A DNA stretch of 64,000 nt from Nitrospirota bacterium (GTDB lineage: Bacteria > Nitrospirota > Thermodesulfovibrionia > Thermodesulfovibrionales > UBA6898): the NCBI GenBank assembly GCA_021814065.1, contig JAKAIZ010000002.1, positions 909 through 64,908 of the forward strand, written 5' to 3'. Position numbers and translations under genes: made by a program. The notes below the pieces were generated by a model. That model saw only the letters and a program-made list of their open reading frames with translations. It did not search any database and was not told where the DNA came from. Shown here one piece after another: positions 1 through 8,850 of the stretch (position 1 is the stretch's first letter; every line of letters starts with the position of its first letter).

Positions 1-261
1 TGTGACCTCCCCGAGCATCGCATCAGGAAGTACGATGCTGAGGGGCCCTACGATGACATCGACCCGCTGTGAGTTCCAGACGATTGCGTTTTCCCCCGTT
101 GCGCCCTTGTTCGCCCTCGCCTTCATCATAGACGTCGTTGCAGCAGCATTTGTGCCGAGTGCGATGATCTCGACCGTCTCTTTGAACTCCTCCCTTAGCC
201 GCTTGACGATAAGGTTGCCTATCCCGCCGCCCTGACCGTCGATCACTGCTATCCTGAGCAT
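1..261 (-). CDS. DUF3842-family protein, N-terminal 87 codons (gene runs off the left edge)
   Basis: Minus-strand ATG at 261 is open to position 1. It is absent from the ORF track because there is no stop in the window. Translation: MLRIAVIDGQGGGIGNLIVKRLREEFKETVEIIALGTNAAATTSMMKARANKGATGENAIVWNSQRVDVIVGPLSIVLPDAMLGEVT. The pattern IAVIDGQGGGIG...IALGTN...GATGENAI matches DUF3842 as I remember it. Confidence 0.7.
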   Translation of the reverse strand, partial: MLRIAVIDGQGGGIGNLIVKRLREEFKETVEIIALGTNAAATTSMMKARANKGATGENAIVWNSQRVDVIVGPLSIVLPDAMLGEVT

Positions 262-454
262 ACCTGAAGTATAAGAAATAGGCAGTCCACTGTCAAACAG
301 GACAGGGGGACTTACCTCATCCATTGTAAGTGTGCGCAGGGGCTGCATTCGGGCAGAGGGCATTCCCGCGGATTCATTGACTCTTTGGCCGAAAACGGCA
401 ATAATATAGCGCAAAATGAGTACCAACGATTATCACCACAAAAGGGGGGGGCGC

Positions 455-1852
455 ATGGCACAAAAAAAAGTTGCCGTAATCGCGAAAAGCAGCGCCGTCC
501 TTGGATTTCTGAAGACTTTTTTCCGAAGCTGCAGGACATACGAGGCGACCTATTACTCCAAGACCGGCGTCTTCGTGAAGAATCTCTGCGAATCCCCGCC
601 AGCCGCCGTGGTCGTCGAAGGGGCACTCATAGAGACGGTCGCCGACAAGGTCACGAAGTGCCCGACGGTCGCGGTCATCTCCGGCAACATTGCGAGAGGG
701 GTCGAAGAAGTAATCAGCTACAACGTGAAGCAGTATCTCTACAGGCCCTACGTCGCCAGGGACCTCGAGTTCAAGCTCGAGTCCGCGATCCTCGAAAAAT
801 ACACCCTCAAAAAAATGACGGACGAGATGAAGGAACTCGAGGCGGTCGTGGCACTGACCCAGCTCATCTCCTCGACGCTTGATCCGAAAGAACTGCTTTT
901 CCGGATCGTCAGGAAGATCGCCGACATCATGCCCGTCACGCGGTGTTCGGTGATACGGGCGGACTGGCTGCATCGCTCTGCGTTTGTCGTGGCGAGCTTC
1001 GAAGATCCCCACATCGCGGGAATAAAGCTGAACCTCCGGAAATATCCGGAGATCATGGAATCGCTTACCTCGAAAAAGCCTGTTATCATCAAGGATGTCG
1101 CGACCGACCCGCTAATGGCCCGCGTGAGGAAGACCCTTGAACCCCTCGGAATACGCTCGATAATCGTCATCCCTATCTTTTTCAGGGACAAGGTGATCGG
1201 AACGCTCTTTCTCCGGACTTCGAGGGCGGAGCGGGCCTTCATTCAAAACGAGGTCCGCCTGCTGAACACGATCGCAAACGTTTCCGCAAACGCCCTCTAT
1301 AACGCCTTTCTCTTTGAGCAGGTGGAGGACGAAAAGTCGAGGCTCGAAAAGCTTGCCATTACCGATTTCCTTACGGGCATCTATAATGTGAGGTACTTCT
1401 ACCACCGCATCATCGAAGAGTTCAGCCGGGCCGTGCGATACGGACTGCCGATCAGCTGCCTCATGCTTGACGTCGACCATTTCAAGAAGATCAACGACGT
1501 CTATGGGCATAAGACTGGCGACCTTGTACTCAGGGAATTCGCGCAGCTCCTGAAGAAGCATTCCCGCAAGAGTGACGTGCTGGCCCGTTACGGTGGAGAA
1601 GAGTTCATCCTCCTGCTGCCCCAGACGCCCCATGAAGGCGCGATGTCAGAAGCCGAGAGGCTCCGTGAATATGTGAAGAGGCATAAGTTCAGGAGTCTCA
1701 GGAATAAGGGCGGGCTTACTGTCAGCGTCGGCGTCTCAGTCTTCCCTGACGGAGACATCAAAACCCATGACGACCTTATCGCCTTTGCCGATAACGCCCT
1801 TTTTTCCGCAAAGAACAGCGGAAGAGACCGCGTGGCGGTCTACAGGCGATAG
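455..1852 (+). CDS. Diguanylate cyclase (degenerate REC-like N-domain + GAF + GGDEF)
   Basis: Track ORF is 416..1852. ATG 455 is preferred because a purine-rich AAGGGGGGG lies just upstream. RYGGEEF active-site motif with an RKSD I-site five residues upstream. GAF-like block LISSTLDPKELLFRIVRKIADIMPVTRCSVIR. Confidence 0.9.
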   Translation: MAQKKVAVIAKSSAVLGFLKTFFRSCRTYEATYYSKTGVFVKNLCESPPAAVVVEGALIETVADKVTKCPTVAVISGNIARGVEEVISYNVKQYLYRPYVARDLEFKLESAILEKYTLKKMTDEMKELEAVVALTQLISSTLDPKELLFRIVRKIADIMPVTRCSVIRADWLHRSAFVVASFEDPHIAGIKLNLRKYPEIMESLTSKKPVIIKDVATDPLMARVRKTLEPLGIRSIIVIPIFFRDKVIGTLFLRTSRAERAFIQNEVRLLNTIANVSANALYNAFLFEQVEDEKSRLEKLAITDFLTGIYNVRYFYHRIIEEFSRAVRYGLPISCLMLDVDHFKKINDVYGHKTGDLVLREFAQLLKKHSRKSDVLARYGGEEFILLLPQTPHEGAMSEAERLREYVKRHKFRSLRNKGGLTVSVGVSVFPDGDIKTHDDLIAFADNALFSAKNSGRDRVAVYRR

Positions 1853-1871
1853 ACGCTGCTTCAGGGATCCC

Positions 1872-4481
1872 TTGAAGCTGATCACATCCCACATAAATGC
1901 CGATTTCGACGCTCTTGCCTCGATGATCGCGGCGAAGAAGATATATCCGGGGGCGGCGATCGTCTTCCCAGGCTCGCAGGAACGCAAGGTGCGTGACTTC
2001 ATCGAGGTCTTCAACCCGGTGGACATCATTCGTCTCAAGGATGTTGATCCCGAACAGGTCACCCACCTCATCATCGTCGATGCCAAGCGGCCGGACCGGA
2101 TAGGACCGCTTGCCCCGCTGCTTCAGAGCAAGTCGGTCAAGGTGCACGTCTATGATCATCATCCGTTTGAGAAAAACGATATCCGGGGCGAGGTCGAAAA
2201 GACCGAGGAGGTCGGCGCCACTGCCACGATCTTTACAGAGCTTCTCAGGGAGAGGAAGCTCCATCCTTCACCGATGGAAGCGACGATCCTCACTCTGGGG
2301 ATCTATGAGGAGACCGGCTCCCTGATCTTCCCCTCGACAACCGAGCGGGACCTTCTGGCTGTTTCATACCTCCTCAAGAGGGGGGCGAATCTGAATATTG
2401 TTTCGAGTTACCTGAAGATGGGACTCAACAGAGAGGAGCTCGAACTCCTCAACGAACTTGTCAAGTCCTCCGCCGAAGTTGTACTGAGGGGTCTCAGGAT
2501 TGTCATCACAAAGGCATCCCGTGACTCTTACTTCGGTGATGCGGCCCATCTTGCGCACAGGGTGATGGAGATGGAAGACATCGACGCTGTAGTCCTTCTC
2601 CTCGACATGGAGGGGAAGATCCTGATTGTTGCAAGGAGCAGGGTACCCGAGCTCGACGTTGCCGAGCTGATGAAGGAGTTCGGGGGGGGTGGCCATCCGA
2701 CCGCAGCATCGGCGACCATTAAAGAGGCGTCCCTCGAAGTGGTGGCGGACCGGATCAGGGAACTGCTAAAGGCACACGTAAAGATGGGAAAGGTCGCTGC
2801 TGACATCATGACGAGCCCGGTGATTACGATCCAGTGGGACAGCAGTCTCAAAGAGGCCGAAGACATGATGACCCGTTACGGCGTCAACGTTTTGCCGATC
2901 CTCCGGGACGGAAAGTTTATCGGCCTGATTTCGAGGGAGATCGTAGAAAAGGCCCTCTTCCACGGCTTCAAGAATAACAAGTGCGTCGATTTCTCGACTT
3001 CCGATGCGGCCACTGTCGGCAAGGACACGCCGATCAGGGAAATCGAGGCGACCATGATCGAACAGAATCAGAGGTTCATGCCGGTGGTCGAAAACGGAAA
3101 GATCGTCGGAGCCATCACGAGGACCGACCTTTTACGGGTGCTTTACGAGGAATTTCTTAGAAAGAGGCATATCAGCAAGGAGGGCGTCTACGAGAGGGCG
3201 CCCTCCGGCAGGAACCTCGCGTTGTGGCTGAAAGAGAAATTTCCGGAGTCGGTATATCGCATCCTCCTTCTTGCGGGGAATGTCGCCGAAGAAATGGGCG
3301 TCAACGCATACCTCGTAGGCGGCTCCGTGCGGGACCTCCTTCTCGGGCAGGCGAACCTCGATATCGACCTTGTGATCGAGGGCGATGGGATCCGCTTTGC
3401 CAAGGAGTTCGGAGAGCGGCTGAAGGCGAAGGTGCGGTCGCACCACAGATTCGGCACAGCCAATATCAGCCTGGACGGCCAGAAGCTGGATGTGGCCACT
3501 GCGAGGACCGAGTATTATGAGTCCCCCGCTGCGCTTCCCAAAGTCGAGATGTCGTCGATAAAAAAGGACCTCTACAGGAGGGACTTTACGATCAATACTC
3601 TTGCGATAAAGCTGAACGCCCGCGATTTCGGCCAGCTGATAGATTTCTTCGGGGGCCAGCGCGACCTGCGGGAAAAAACGATCAGGGTACTCCACAACCT
3701 CAGTTACGTGGAAGATCCTACGCGCGCCTTCAGGGCAGTCAGGTTCGCGGAGAGGTTCGGGTTCAAGCTCAGCAAGCACACCGAAAACCTGATCAAGTCG
3801 GCGATCCAGATGGACCTCTTCGAACGGCTCTCCGGGGCGAGGCTTTTCGATGAACTCAGGCTCGCCTTCGAAGAAACGAACCCGGTCAGGACGCTCAAGA
3901 GGCTTTCTTCCTGCGGCCTTCTCAAGGTGATCCACAAGGACCTTCTTTTCGACGAAAAGCTCGAGGCGACGCTCTCTTCGATGTACGAGACGCTTGCCTG
4001 GTACGACCTCCTCTATATCGACGAAAAAGTGGACAAAGGGATCCTCTACCTTGCCGCGCTCCTCTCGAACCTTGACCCCGCGCAGAGGACGGCGGCGGTC
4101 GAAAGACTGGCCCCGTCGCAGAAGACGAAGGAGATCATCCTCAGAAGCATGACGGAATCGGCCGACGTTCTCGCAAAACTGCCCCTTCGGGACCCCGCCG
4201 GAGTTTACCATCTGCTGGCAGGCAAAAGCCCCGAGCTGATACTTTTTTCTATGGCGCTCACGAACGACACGCGGAAGAAGAAACAGATTTCGCAGTTCCT
4301 CGTCGAGCTGAGGAAGATAAAACCGCTCCTGAAAGGTGATGACCTCAAGAAACTCGGCATCGCCGAAGGGCCGCTCTTTTCAAAGATATTCAGGGAACTC
4401 CTCGACGGGAGACTGAGGGGGAAGTTCAAGACCGAAGAGGACGAAAAGAGGTTCGTTCTGCAGCGATACTTGGAGAAATAG
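1872..4481 (+). CDS. DHH/DHHA1 phosphoesterase + tandem CBS + poly(A) polymerase / CCA-type tRNA nucleotidyltransferase fusion protein
   Basis: Track ORF is 1767..4481. Its first 85 nt overlap the cyclase gene, so the in-frame TTG at 1872 (LKLITSHINADFDALAS) is preferred. Motifs: DHH (VYDHHPF), DHHA1 (GGGGHPTAASA), two CBS repeats, nucleotidyltransferase GGSVRDLLLG..DIDLV and RRDFTINTLA. Confidence 0.85.
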   Translation: MKLITSHINADFDALASMIAAKKIYPGAAIVFPGSQERKVRDFIEVFNPVDIIRLKDVDPEQVTHLIIVDAKRPDRIGPLAPLLQSKSVKVHVYDHHPFEKNDIRGEVEKTEEVGATATIFTELLRERKLHPSPMEATILTLGIYEETGSLIFPSTTERDLLAVSYLLKRGANLNIVSSYLKMGLNREELELLNELVKSSAEVVLRGLRIVITKASRDSYFGDAAHLAHRVMEMEDIDAVVLLLDMEGKILIVARSRVPELDVAELMKEFGGGGHPTAASATIKEASLEVVADRIRELLKAHVKMGKVAADIMTSPVITIQWDSSLKEAEDMMTRYGVNVLPILRDGKFIGLISREIVEKALFHGFKNNKCVDFSTSDAATVGKDTPIREIEATMIEQNQRFMPVVENGKIVGAITRTDLLRVLYEEFLRKRHISKEGVYERAPSGRNLALWLKEKFPESVYRILLLAGNVAEEMGVNAYLVGGSVRDLLLGQANLDIDLVIEGDGIRFAKEFGERLKAKVRSHHRFGTANISLDGQKLDVATARTEYYESPAALPKVEMSSIKKDLYRRDFTINTLAIKLNARDFGQLIDFFGGQRDLREKTIRVLHNLSYVEDPTRAFRAVRFAERFGFKLSKHTENLIKSAIQMDLFERLSGARLFDELRLAFEETNPVRTLKRLSSCGLLKVIHKDLLFDEKLEATLSSMYETLAWYDLLYIDEKVDKGILYLAALLSNLDPAQRTAAVERLAPSQKTKEIILRSMTESADVLAKLPLRDPAGVYHLLAGKSPELILFSMALTNDTRKKKQISQFLVELRKIKPLLKGDDLKKLGIAEGPLFSKIFRELLDGRLRGKFKTEEDEKRFVLQRYLEK

Positions 4482-4564
4482 AGGGGCCGGGAGTACTGTC
4501 CTTCCGATTTGACGTATTCCTGAAAATCTGATAGTGTAGAATCAATCGTTCTTTCGGAGGGATT

Positions 4565-4810
4565 ATGGATGCCGCACTTAAGGAATTAATGAGTATCGCT
4601 GCCAGACGGGGGAATAAGTATGTTAAGGGCGAGACAACGGCTGTCGATCTCCAGTCGAAGCTGGCGGAACTCGGTGTCCTGCTCCTGGAAAAGGCGGGGC
4701 GTTTCCCCGATCTTGAGGACTCGAAGATCAGGACGGAACTGATAGAGATACAGAACAAGCTCGATGACCTGAGAAAGGTAATTTTCGCAAGCAAGGTCCA
4801 CCTGCATTAA
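4565..4810 (+). CDS. Hypothetical small protein (81 aa, helical/charged)
   Basis: ATG preceded by GGAGGG about 6 nt upstream. No recognisable motif. A weak hairpin (AGGCG-CTGCAC-CGCCT) lies downstream. Confidence 0.45.
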   Translation: MDAALKELMSIAARRGNKYVKGETTAVDLQSKLAELGVLLLEKAGRFPDLEDSKIRTELIEIQNKLDDLRKVIFASKVHLH

Positions 4811-4965
4811 GACCGTCCTGACCTGAGGCGCTGCACCGCCTTTCCCGTTTCGGACCTTCCATGAAAAACTTTGTTTTTTCTTTGCCTGCATGGATCTCGC
4901 CTTCACCTTCCTCATTGTTTTTGTGATCGCGCTCCGGAGATGTTGCCTCAGAGCGTGTATTCAAT

Positions 4966-5245
4966 TTTAAATGGCAGGGCGGTATCATTGAAGGAAGAAC
5001 GCCCCCTTCGCGCCTCCCGATCATTTTGGGACACCAGATAGTCGGAAGGGTGGCGGAGGAAGGCAGCAACGCGGCGAGGTACAAGGTGGGAGACAGGGTA
5101 GGCGTGGCCTGGATCAATTCGGCTTGCGGCGGAAATCCCGATCAGGCCCGAGACTCAGGAATATCGGCTGGAAGAGGCGAACACGGCGCTGCTCGAGCTC
5201 AAGGGCAGAAAGATCCGCGGGGCGAAGGTCCTGAGGGTAGGGTAG
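4966..5245 (+). pseudogene. Remnant of a zinc-type alcohol dehydrogenase with a large internal deletion
   Basis: One frame reads GGIIEGRTPPSRLPIILGHQIVGRVAEEGSNAARYKVGDRVGVAWINSACGG, the N-terminal catalytic-domain pattern PGHE/QxVG...GDRVGV.W...CG. About 5128 another frame continues EIPIRPETQEYRLEEANTALLELKGRKIRGAKVLRVG-stop, a typical C-terminus. The roughly 200 residues normally in between (Rossmann fold) are missing, and the upstream part is interrupted by stops. Confidence 0.6.
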
Positions 5246-5361
5246 AAGCCGGCTGCTGAAGGGCCCCAGGGAGCAGCAGCTATGGCTCTTTTTCAGCATG
5301 TCCGCCACCTTTCTGTTGGGTGTCTAAGGAAGCTGCAATGGTATAATAGCCACAGTTCCAT

Positions 5362-6606
5362 ATGCAGAAATACCAGCTTATCATATTGATCTGCTACCTG
5401 CTTGTCGAGGGGTTCGAATACTGGTTGAGGTTTATCAACCTCCGGTATATGAAGAAGCACGGGACAGAAGTGCCGGCCGGGTTCGAAGGGTATATCGACG
5501 AGTCTGTGCTGAAGAAGACGCAGGCCTACACCCTCGATATGAGCAGGCTTTCGCTTGCCGAATCGGTCTTCAGCAGTGCCGTGATGATCGTTTTTCTCTT
5601 TGGCGGACTTATGAATGCTTACAACAGTTGGATCGGCTCCTTCAAGCTATCCTTTGTTCCGCAAGGCGCGGTATTCTTCCTTATCCTGACCTTCCTGAAT
5701 ACGGCACTCTCGATTCCCTTCAGCCTCTACAGGACATTCAGGATCGAAAACAGATACGGCTTCAATACCATGACGCCGGCACTGTGGCTGACGGACCTCG
5801 TAAAGTCGTTTTTTCTCTCTGCCGTCATCCTCGGGATCGCCCTGTTTGCCGGACTCTATATTGTCAGGCAGAGTCCCGGCTACTGGTGGCTCCTCGTATG
5901 GGGGTTCTTCTTCATCCTCAGCATATTCCTTATGTACATCTCCCCCTATGTGATCGAGCCCCTCTTCAACAAGTTCACCCCGCTCGAAGGAGGGGAACTC
6001 GAGACGAAGATCAGGGATATGATGAAAAAGGCCGGTATACGGGTGAGCAGGGTCTTCAAGATCGACGCGTCGAAGAGAAGCAGGCACTCAAACGCCTATT
6101 TTACCGGCATTGGAAAGACAAAAAGGATCGTGCTCTTCGACACGCTGATCGAGATGATGGAGCAGAATGAGATACTTGCCGTGCTCGCCCATGAGGCCGG
6201 CCACTGGAAGAAAAAGCATGTGCTGAAGCGCATTGTGGCGTTCGAATGCCTGTCCCTGGTCGTCGCGTACATTGCTTTCCGCATCCTCAGTACAGACATT
6301 CTCTCAAATATTTTTCATATCCAGGGAGAGACGTTCTTCGCAAAACTGATTATACTCGGCTTCATCTTCGGCATAGTGTCTTTCCCGTTTACGCCTGTTT
6401 CGAGTTATATATCGAGGAGACACGAAGATGAGGCTGACAGGTTCGCGTCAGAGTTGTCCGGACATCCGGAGAGCCTCGCGACTTCGCTCATCAAGCTCAC
6501 GAAGGACAACCTCTCCAATCTCCATCCCCACCCGTTTTACGCCAAGTTTTACTTTTCCCATCCACCGATCGTCGAACGGATCAGGAGGCTCCGGGGCTTT
6601 CATTAA
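5362..6606 (+). CDS. M48-family zinc metalloprotease (Ste24/HtpX-like, polytopic)
   Basis: 414-aa ORF with several N-terminal hydrophobic helices. HEAGHWKKKH (HExxH) motif and a downstream EDEADRFA glutamate motif. Confidence 0.9.
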   Translation: MQKYQLIILICYLLVEGFEYWLRFINLRYMKKHGTEVPAGFEGYIDESVLKKTQAYTLDMSRLSLAESVFSSAVMIVFLFGGLMNAYNSWIGSFKLSFVPQGAVFFLILTFLNTALSIPFSLYRTFRIENRYGFNTMTPALWLTDLVKSFFLSAVILGIALFAGLYIVRQSPGYWWLLVWGFFFILSIFLMYISPYVIEPLFNKFTPLEGGELETKIRDMMKKAGIRVSRVFKIDASKRSRHSNAYFTGIGKTKRIVLFDTLIEMMEQNEILAVLAHEAGHWKKKHVLKRIVAFECLSLVVAYIAFRILSTDILSNIFHIQGETFFAKLIILGFIFGIVSFPFTPVSSYISRRHEDEADRFASELSGHPESLATSLIKLTKDNLSNLHPHPFYAKFYFSHPPIVERIRRLRGFH

Positions 6607-6891
6607 TCGGGAAATTGCATTACCGCAGGAATATGCTCCAATAAACTTTTTAATGCGCAATTAGGTTGTTTTGATAACAAAGGTTTTTATTAACAGGATG
6701 TGACGCCCTTTGAAAAAAAACGTCTTACAGTGGTGGCGCAGAAAAAGTTTTTTTCCGCATACCCCCGCGGTTTCCAGTCCTTACCGTATTATTGACGCCA
6801 ATGACGAAGAATCATATCCGACTGGGAGGTAATGCTGTTTCTCTCCCCTGCGAGGGAGAGGGCTGGGTGAGGGGAGACTCTCAGGAAAACC

Positions 6892-7137
6892 TCAGCGGTC
6901 CGTCAAAAACCACGCCGATACCCCCTCGTCATAATAGAGGGTATAAATAAATCCGTCGCTGCCTTTGACCCTAAAAAACCTTTTTAGCGTTCTGTCTGCA
7001 GCGTTCTCCTCGACCCACTCTTTTGTTATGGAAGTGACTTCGATCCTCTCCTCCCCGAGCAGAAAAGACCTCGGGCTTTCTTCGCTTCTAAAGCCCGCAT
7101 AACAGACGACATCGATCCTCCGGTCTGCCTTACTCAT
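6892..7137 (-). CDS. Hypothetical small protein
   Basis: Track ORF is 6892..7185. The internal ATG at 7137 (MSKADRRIDVVCYAGFRSEE...) has a weak TAAGG upstream. The sequence looks globular (YTLYYDEGVSAWFL). No family assigned. Confidence 0.45.
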   Translation of the reverse strand: MSKADRRIDVVCYAGFRSEESPRSFLLGEERIEVTSITKEWVEENAADRTLKRFFRVKGSDGFIYTLYYDEGVSAWFLTDR

Positions 7138-7323
7138 TACCTTAAAGTTACATAATATGCCATGTCTGCTCTGGTCCTTACCCATCGACAGTGTTTACCA
7201 TTCAGTTGAATAAAGATTGTAAATTAACAACCACAAAAGCTTGATTGACGGGCTTTTGAGCCTGATGACACTCCTTATGTTGGAGTTCACCGAATGTTAC
7301 CTCCAGGTCATAGTTCTTTTTCC

Positions 7324-7401
7324 GTCATGCCCGAGGTTCTCAGTCGGGCATCCATGTTTTCTTAAGAATGGATTCCCGCCTAAAGACTGCGGGAATGACG
7401 G
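7324..7401. repeat. MITE/REP-like palindromic element (family GTCAT...GGGAATGAC)
   Basis: Termini CCGTCAT / ATGACGG. Two internal 8-bp hairpins (ATGCCCGA/TCGGGCAT and ATTCCCGC/GCGGGAAT). Shares the AATGGATTCCCG core with the other copies. Confidence 0.6.
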
Positions 7402-7434
7402 CCTAAATACACACACTTTATCCAACGACAGGGT

Positions 7435-7614
7435 TTACTCTATATTGAAGACCGCTACTTCCTTTATCCCGGGAAGATACTCTCCGACCGGCACCAGCCT
7501 CTTCCCCTCGCTCACGCAGCCTATGATAATCGTCCACAGTTGATTCAGCTCTTTTTTTTCGCGGTCGTTCTCCGGCGTCATCTTCAGGAGTGTCCCTTCG
7601 AGTTCCATCCTCAT
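7435..7614 (-). CDS. Hypothetical small protein (59 aa; below the track length cutoff)
   Basis: Minus-strand ATG 7614 is preceded by GAGGAGGAA (reverse complement of 7619-7627). Translation: MRMELEGTLLKMTPENDREKKELNQLWTIIIGCVSEGKRLVPVGEYLPGIKEVAVFNIE, stop at 7435-7437. Confidence 0.4.
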   Translation of the reverse strand: MRMELEGTLLKMTPENDREKKELNQLWTIIIGCVSEGKRLVPVGEYLPGIKEVAVFNIE

Positions 7615-7697
7615 GATCGTTCCTCCTCGGAAAAAAGTAATGTATATATAAACCTTATCATATCGGCGGACATTATCAACATAAAGCTAATACAAAA

Positions 7698-7868
7698 GTT
7701 GGGATGGCGGCAAAGAGCGGCATGGGCCGATTTCGTGGCCGTTCTTCACAAAATGGAGCGTCAGCAGACGTGACTGTCTGAACCCGCAGGGTGAGTTTCA
7801 CGGATGCAGCGGAGTGCGCATAGAACGGCAGAAATCGGGACTTTAAAGCGAATGGCCGCCATCCCAAC
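7698..7868. ncRNA. Candidate structured RNA, rod-like (6S-RNA-like architecture); strand undetermined
   Basis: A 14-bp perfect closing stem pairs GTTGGGATGGCGGC (7698-7711) with GCCGCCATCCCAAC (7855-7868). Inner helices pair CCGATTTC/GAAATCGG and GCCGTTCT/AGAACGGC. The central region has small hairpins (CAGAC..GTCTG, GTGA..TCAC). The overlapping 63-aa ORF does not look like a protein. Confidence 0.35.
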
Positions 7869-7886
7869 CCTATTTTCTGAGGGGTG

Positions 7887-8726
7887 CTAAAGCCTTACCG
7901 GCACGCCTTTGGACCTGAGGTACTCCTTTGCTTCCCGCACCGTAAACTCCCTGAAGTGGAATATCGAGGCAGCGAGCACAGCGTCGGCCTTTCCGTCGAC
8001 GAGGCCCTCGTACAGATGTTCGAGTGTCCCGGCCCCGCCCGAGGCGATTACCGGTATCGAGACCGCCTCGGATATGGCCCTTGTCAATTCGATGTCATAG
8101 CCGTCCTTTGTCCCGTCCCTGTCCATGCTCGTCAGCATGAATTCGCCGGCGCCGAGTTCTTCCATCTTCTTCGCCCACCGGACCGCGTCGACCAGTTTCA
8201 TCTTTCTTCCGCCGTGCGTAGAAATCGCCCAACTGAGGCCTGTGGCAGGAAGAGAAAGACGCACCTCCTTGAGAGACGGATCCTCCAGCCAATCCTCTCC
8301 GGTAGCTTCGGACATGTCACCGATAACCCTCTTGGCGTCGATCGCCACTACGATGCACTGGCTCCCGAATCTTTCGGCCGCCCTGCTCACAAAGTAGGGG
8401 TCTTTCACTGCGGTTGTGTTGATCGAGACTTTGTCGCATCCGGCGTTGAGGAGCGCCCTGATGTCGTCGAGGGTCTTTATCCCTCCCCCGACCGTAAGAG
8501 GCATAAACACATCTTCGGCGGTGCGCTCGACCACGTCGAGTATGATCTTGCGTTTTTCATGGGAGGCGGTGATGTCGAGGAAAATGAGTTCGTCGGCACC
8601 CTGCCCGTCATAGAATATCGCGTTCTCCACAGGGTCTCCCGCATCACGCAGATTGACGAAACTCACTCCCTTGACCACGCGGCCGTCCTTCACATCGAGA
8701 CAGGGGATGATCCGTTTCGCGAGCAT
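7887..8726 (-). CDS. hisF: Imidazole glycerol phosphate synthase, cyclase subunit
   Basis: [34 protein letters not shown]...LDITAS...GGGI...[12 protein letters not shown]...IASGGAG matches HisF throughout. Confidence 0.95.
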   Translation of the reverse strand: MLAKRIIPCLDVKDGRVVKGVSFVNLRDAGDPVENAIFYDGQGADELIFLDITASHEKRKIILDVVERTAEDVFMPLTVGGGIKTLDDIRALLNAGCDKVSINTTAVKDPYFVSRAAERFGSQCIVVAIDAKRVIGDMSEATGEDWLEDPSLKEVRLSLPATGLSWAISTHGGRKMKLVDAVRWAKKMEELGAGEFMLTSMDRDGTKDGYDIELTRAISEAVSIPVIASGGAGTLEHLYEGLVDGKADAVLAASIFHFREFTVREAKEYLRSKGVPVRL

Positions 8727-8729
8727 CTA

Positions 8730-8850
8730 ATAAACCGTGAGGAGTAAAAAGTAAGGGGTAAGGGGTGAAATACCGCTAAAACAACATTCAGATAATGCCA
8801 TCGTTTCTTTTCTCCTCACGCCTGACTCCTCACACCTTACGCGTTGCTCT
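8730..8850. repeat. Intergenic inverted repeat built from GTGAGGAG / GTAAGGGG motifs
   Basis: The left part reads CGTGAGGAGTAAAAAGTAAGGGGTAAGGGGTG. The right part reads CTCCTCACGCCTGACTCCTCACACCTTAC, the inverse orientation of the same motifs, about 45 nt away. It lies between hisF and hisA. Confidence 0.5.

Noticed and set aside
451-475. TGGCAC...TTGC resembling a sigma54 -24/-12 promoter
   Set aside because: The spacing between the GG and GC elements is wrong (9-nt spacer instead of 5 between TGGCAC and TTGC), and the site overlaps the cyclase start codon and coding sequence.
3132-4211. 359-aa minus-strand ORF inside the DHH-CBS-CCA gene. The same applies to antisense ORFs 374..1012, 34245..35066, 40959..41612, 42453..43103, 55760..56470, 56549..57382, 57433..58185, 61168..62181 and 62129..63058.
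   Set aside because: All are antisense shadows of ORFs with strong domain evidence. They are low-complexity, Arg-rich translations.
8235-8327. ~27-residue extra segment in HisF relative to the Thermotoga enzyme
   Set aside because: This loop is length-variable among HisF orthologues (the E. coli enzyme is also longer here). The DNA shows no repeat or hairpin signature.
7884-8747. 287-aa plus-strand ORF opposite hisF
   Set aside because: hisF on the minus strand is unambiguous, and the plus-strand translation has no recognisable features.
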